Positions 63,157 through 64,000 of a stretch of DNA of 64,000 nucleotides are shown here, one piece after another. This DNA comes from Klebsormidium nitens (lineage: Eukaryota > Plantae > Klebsormidiophyceae). The stretch lies in contig DF237371.1 in NCBI GenBank assembly GCA_000708835.1, positions 15,635 through 79,634 of the forward strand, written 5' to 3'. Position 1 is the first letter of the stretch. Each line of letters starts with the position of its first letter. The position numbers and the translations under genes are program-made. The notes beneath the pieces were generated by a model. It searched no databases and had not been told where the DNA came from. It saw only the letters and a list, made by a program, of their open reading frames with translations.

Positions 63157-64000
63157 TTCCTCTTTTGTCAAAACCGCTCCAAATGCCTACGACGTCTCAA
63201 CGTGTGTGAAACTTTCTTAATGCCGAGGGGCCTCCTTGTGATTGAAGCTGGACTCTTAGACACAACCGTTTTGTGTGCGTGCTGATTTACTTGCTGGTTA
63301 TGAGAAACAGGGCCGAGCTCAGCAGCATTGTCATCCAAGGCTTCTTCTGAGGATCAAGGCCCGAAGCTGCAGCGGGGTGGGCAACAATTATGTCATGACT
63401 TATCTTGTGCTGAGATCTCGTCTTTGCCACAAATCATTCGGTCACTCTCTAACCCGACCAGTGTAATGCTTCAGATGCTTGAAAGGACTATAACCCCTAG
63501 ATTGTTGACAATTCTATCAGGGTCCAGAGATCACAGAGATAATGTCCTCTTTTTGTGGTCCTCAGAAAACTTCCCCGTCGCTTGCAAAAACAGGGCAGAA
63601 CCTTAAAGCAGCTCCGCTTTGCTTTGATTTCAACGATGCTTGACTCCTCAAAGGTATGAATGTCTGCTGAGGCGCATTCGCTGCAACAAGGAACCGGGAT
63701 CGGGACCGCATGGGCTTTGTTTTGCAGATGAGCTGCCAAGCACGTACTGCAAGTTGCAACTTGAAAGCTGTTCTGCACAGTTTGATGATGCTCGAAAATT
63801 TGGCGGGTACAATCGACGGCTGTCACTCGCAAGTTGGGCCTTCAATCGACGGTCAATGTAGAATGATCAGGATTTCGATTAACTAGGATGAAGGCAAGAT
63901 CGTCCACAGCCTAATCAGCTGCCCTGGCCCTGGCCCGCCTGGGCCTCAGGCAGCATTGAGCGCAGGCATACTGCAGACTGCGCTGAATCTGATGTTACAC

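Noticed and set aside
63275-64000. Short ORFs upstream of POLA2 at the window end
   Set aside because: They use non-ATG starts and have no recognisable motif or consistent exon chain. A gene continuing beyond the window cannot be excluded.

Overview
This is a eukaryotic, intron-rich, gene-dense 64-kb window with GC-rich exons and GT-AG introns of mostly 0.1-0.9 kb. The gene set (MRS2, DGAT3, SP1-like E3 ligase, plastid-type phosphorylase) points to a green plant/streptophyte alga; a Klebsormidium-like genome is my inference, not something the sequence proves. I reconstructed 13 spliced genes by hand with consistent exon phases. They encode a secreted, probably GPI-anchored intradiol dioxygenase-like protein, a METTL21-type lysine methyltransferase, a type-II-membrane SAM methyltransferase, an MRS2/MGT Mg2+ transporter, DGAT3, TRAPPC12, two tandem RING E3 ligases (one SP1/SPL2-like), a ZNHIT3-like protein, a tandem cNMP-binding-domain protein, an ACT-domain alpha-glucan phosphorylase, an organellar NUDIX (ADP-sugar pyrophosphatase-like) hydrolase and DNA polymerase alpha subunit B. 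Two further gene candidates are weak. I found no rRNA, tRNA, CRISPR array or autonomous transposon. The most unusual signal is a set of 'exon echoes': copies of a real 3' splice site plus the first ~27 nt of the exon sit in the upstream intron (five tandem copies in MRS2, one in the phosphorylase), all retain AG and all lead to premature stops. Other points of interest are the cell-surface dioxygenase, the head-to-head ACT-phosphorylase/NUDIX pair and a chimeric RING paralog. Exon coordinates were read by eye and need RNA-seq confirmation.
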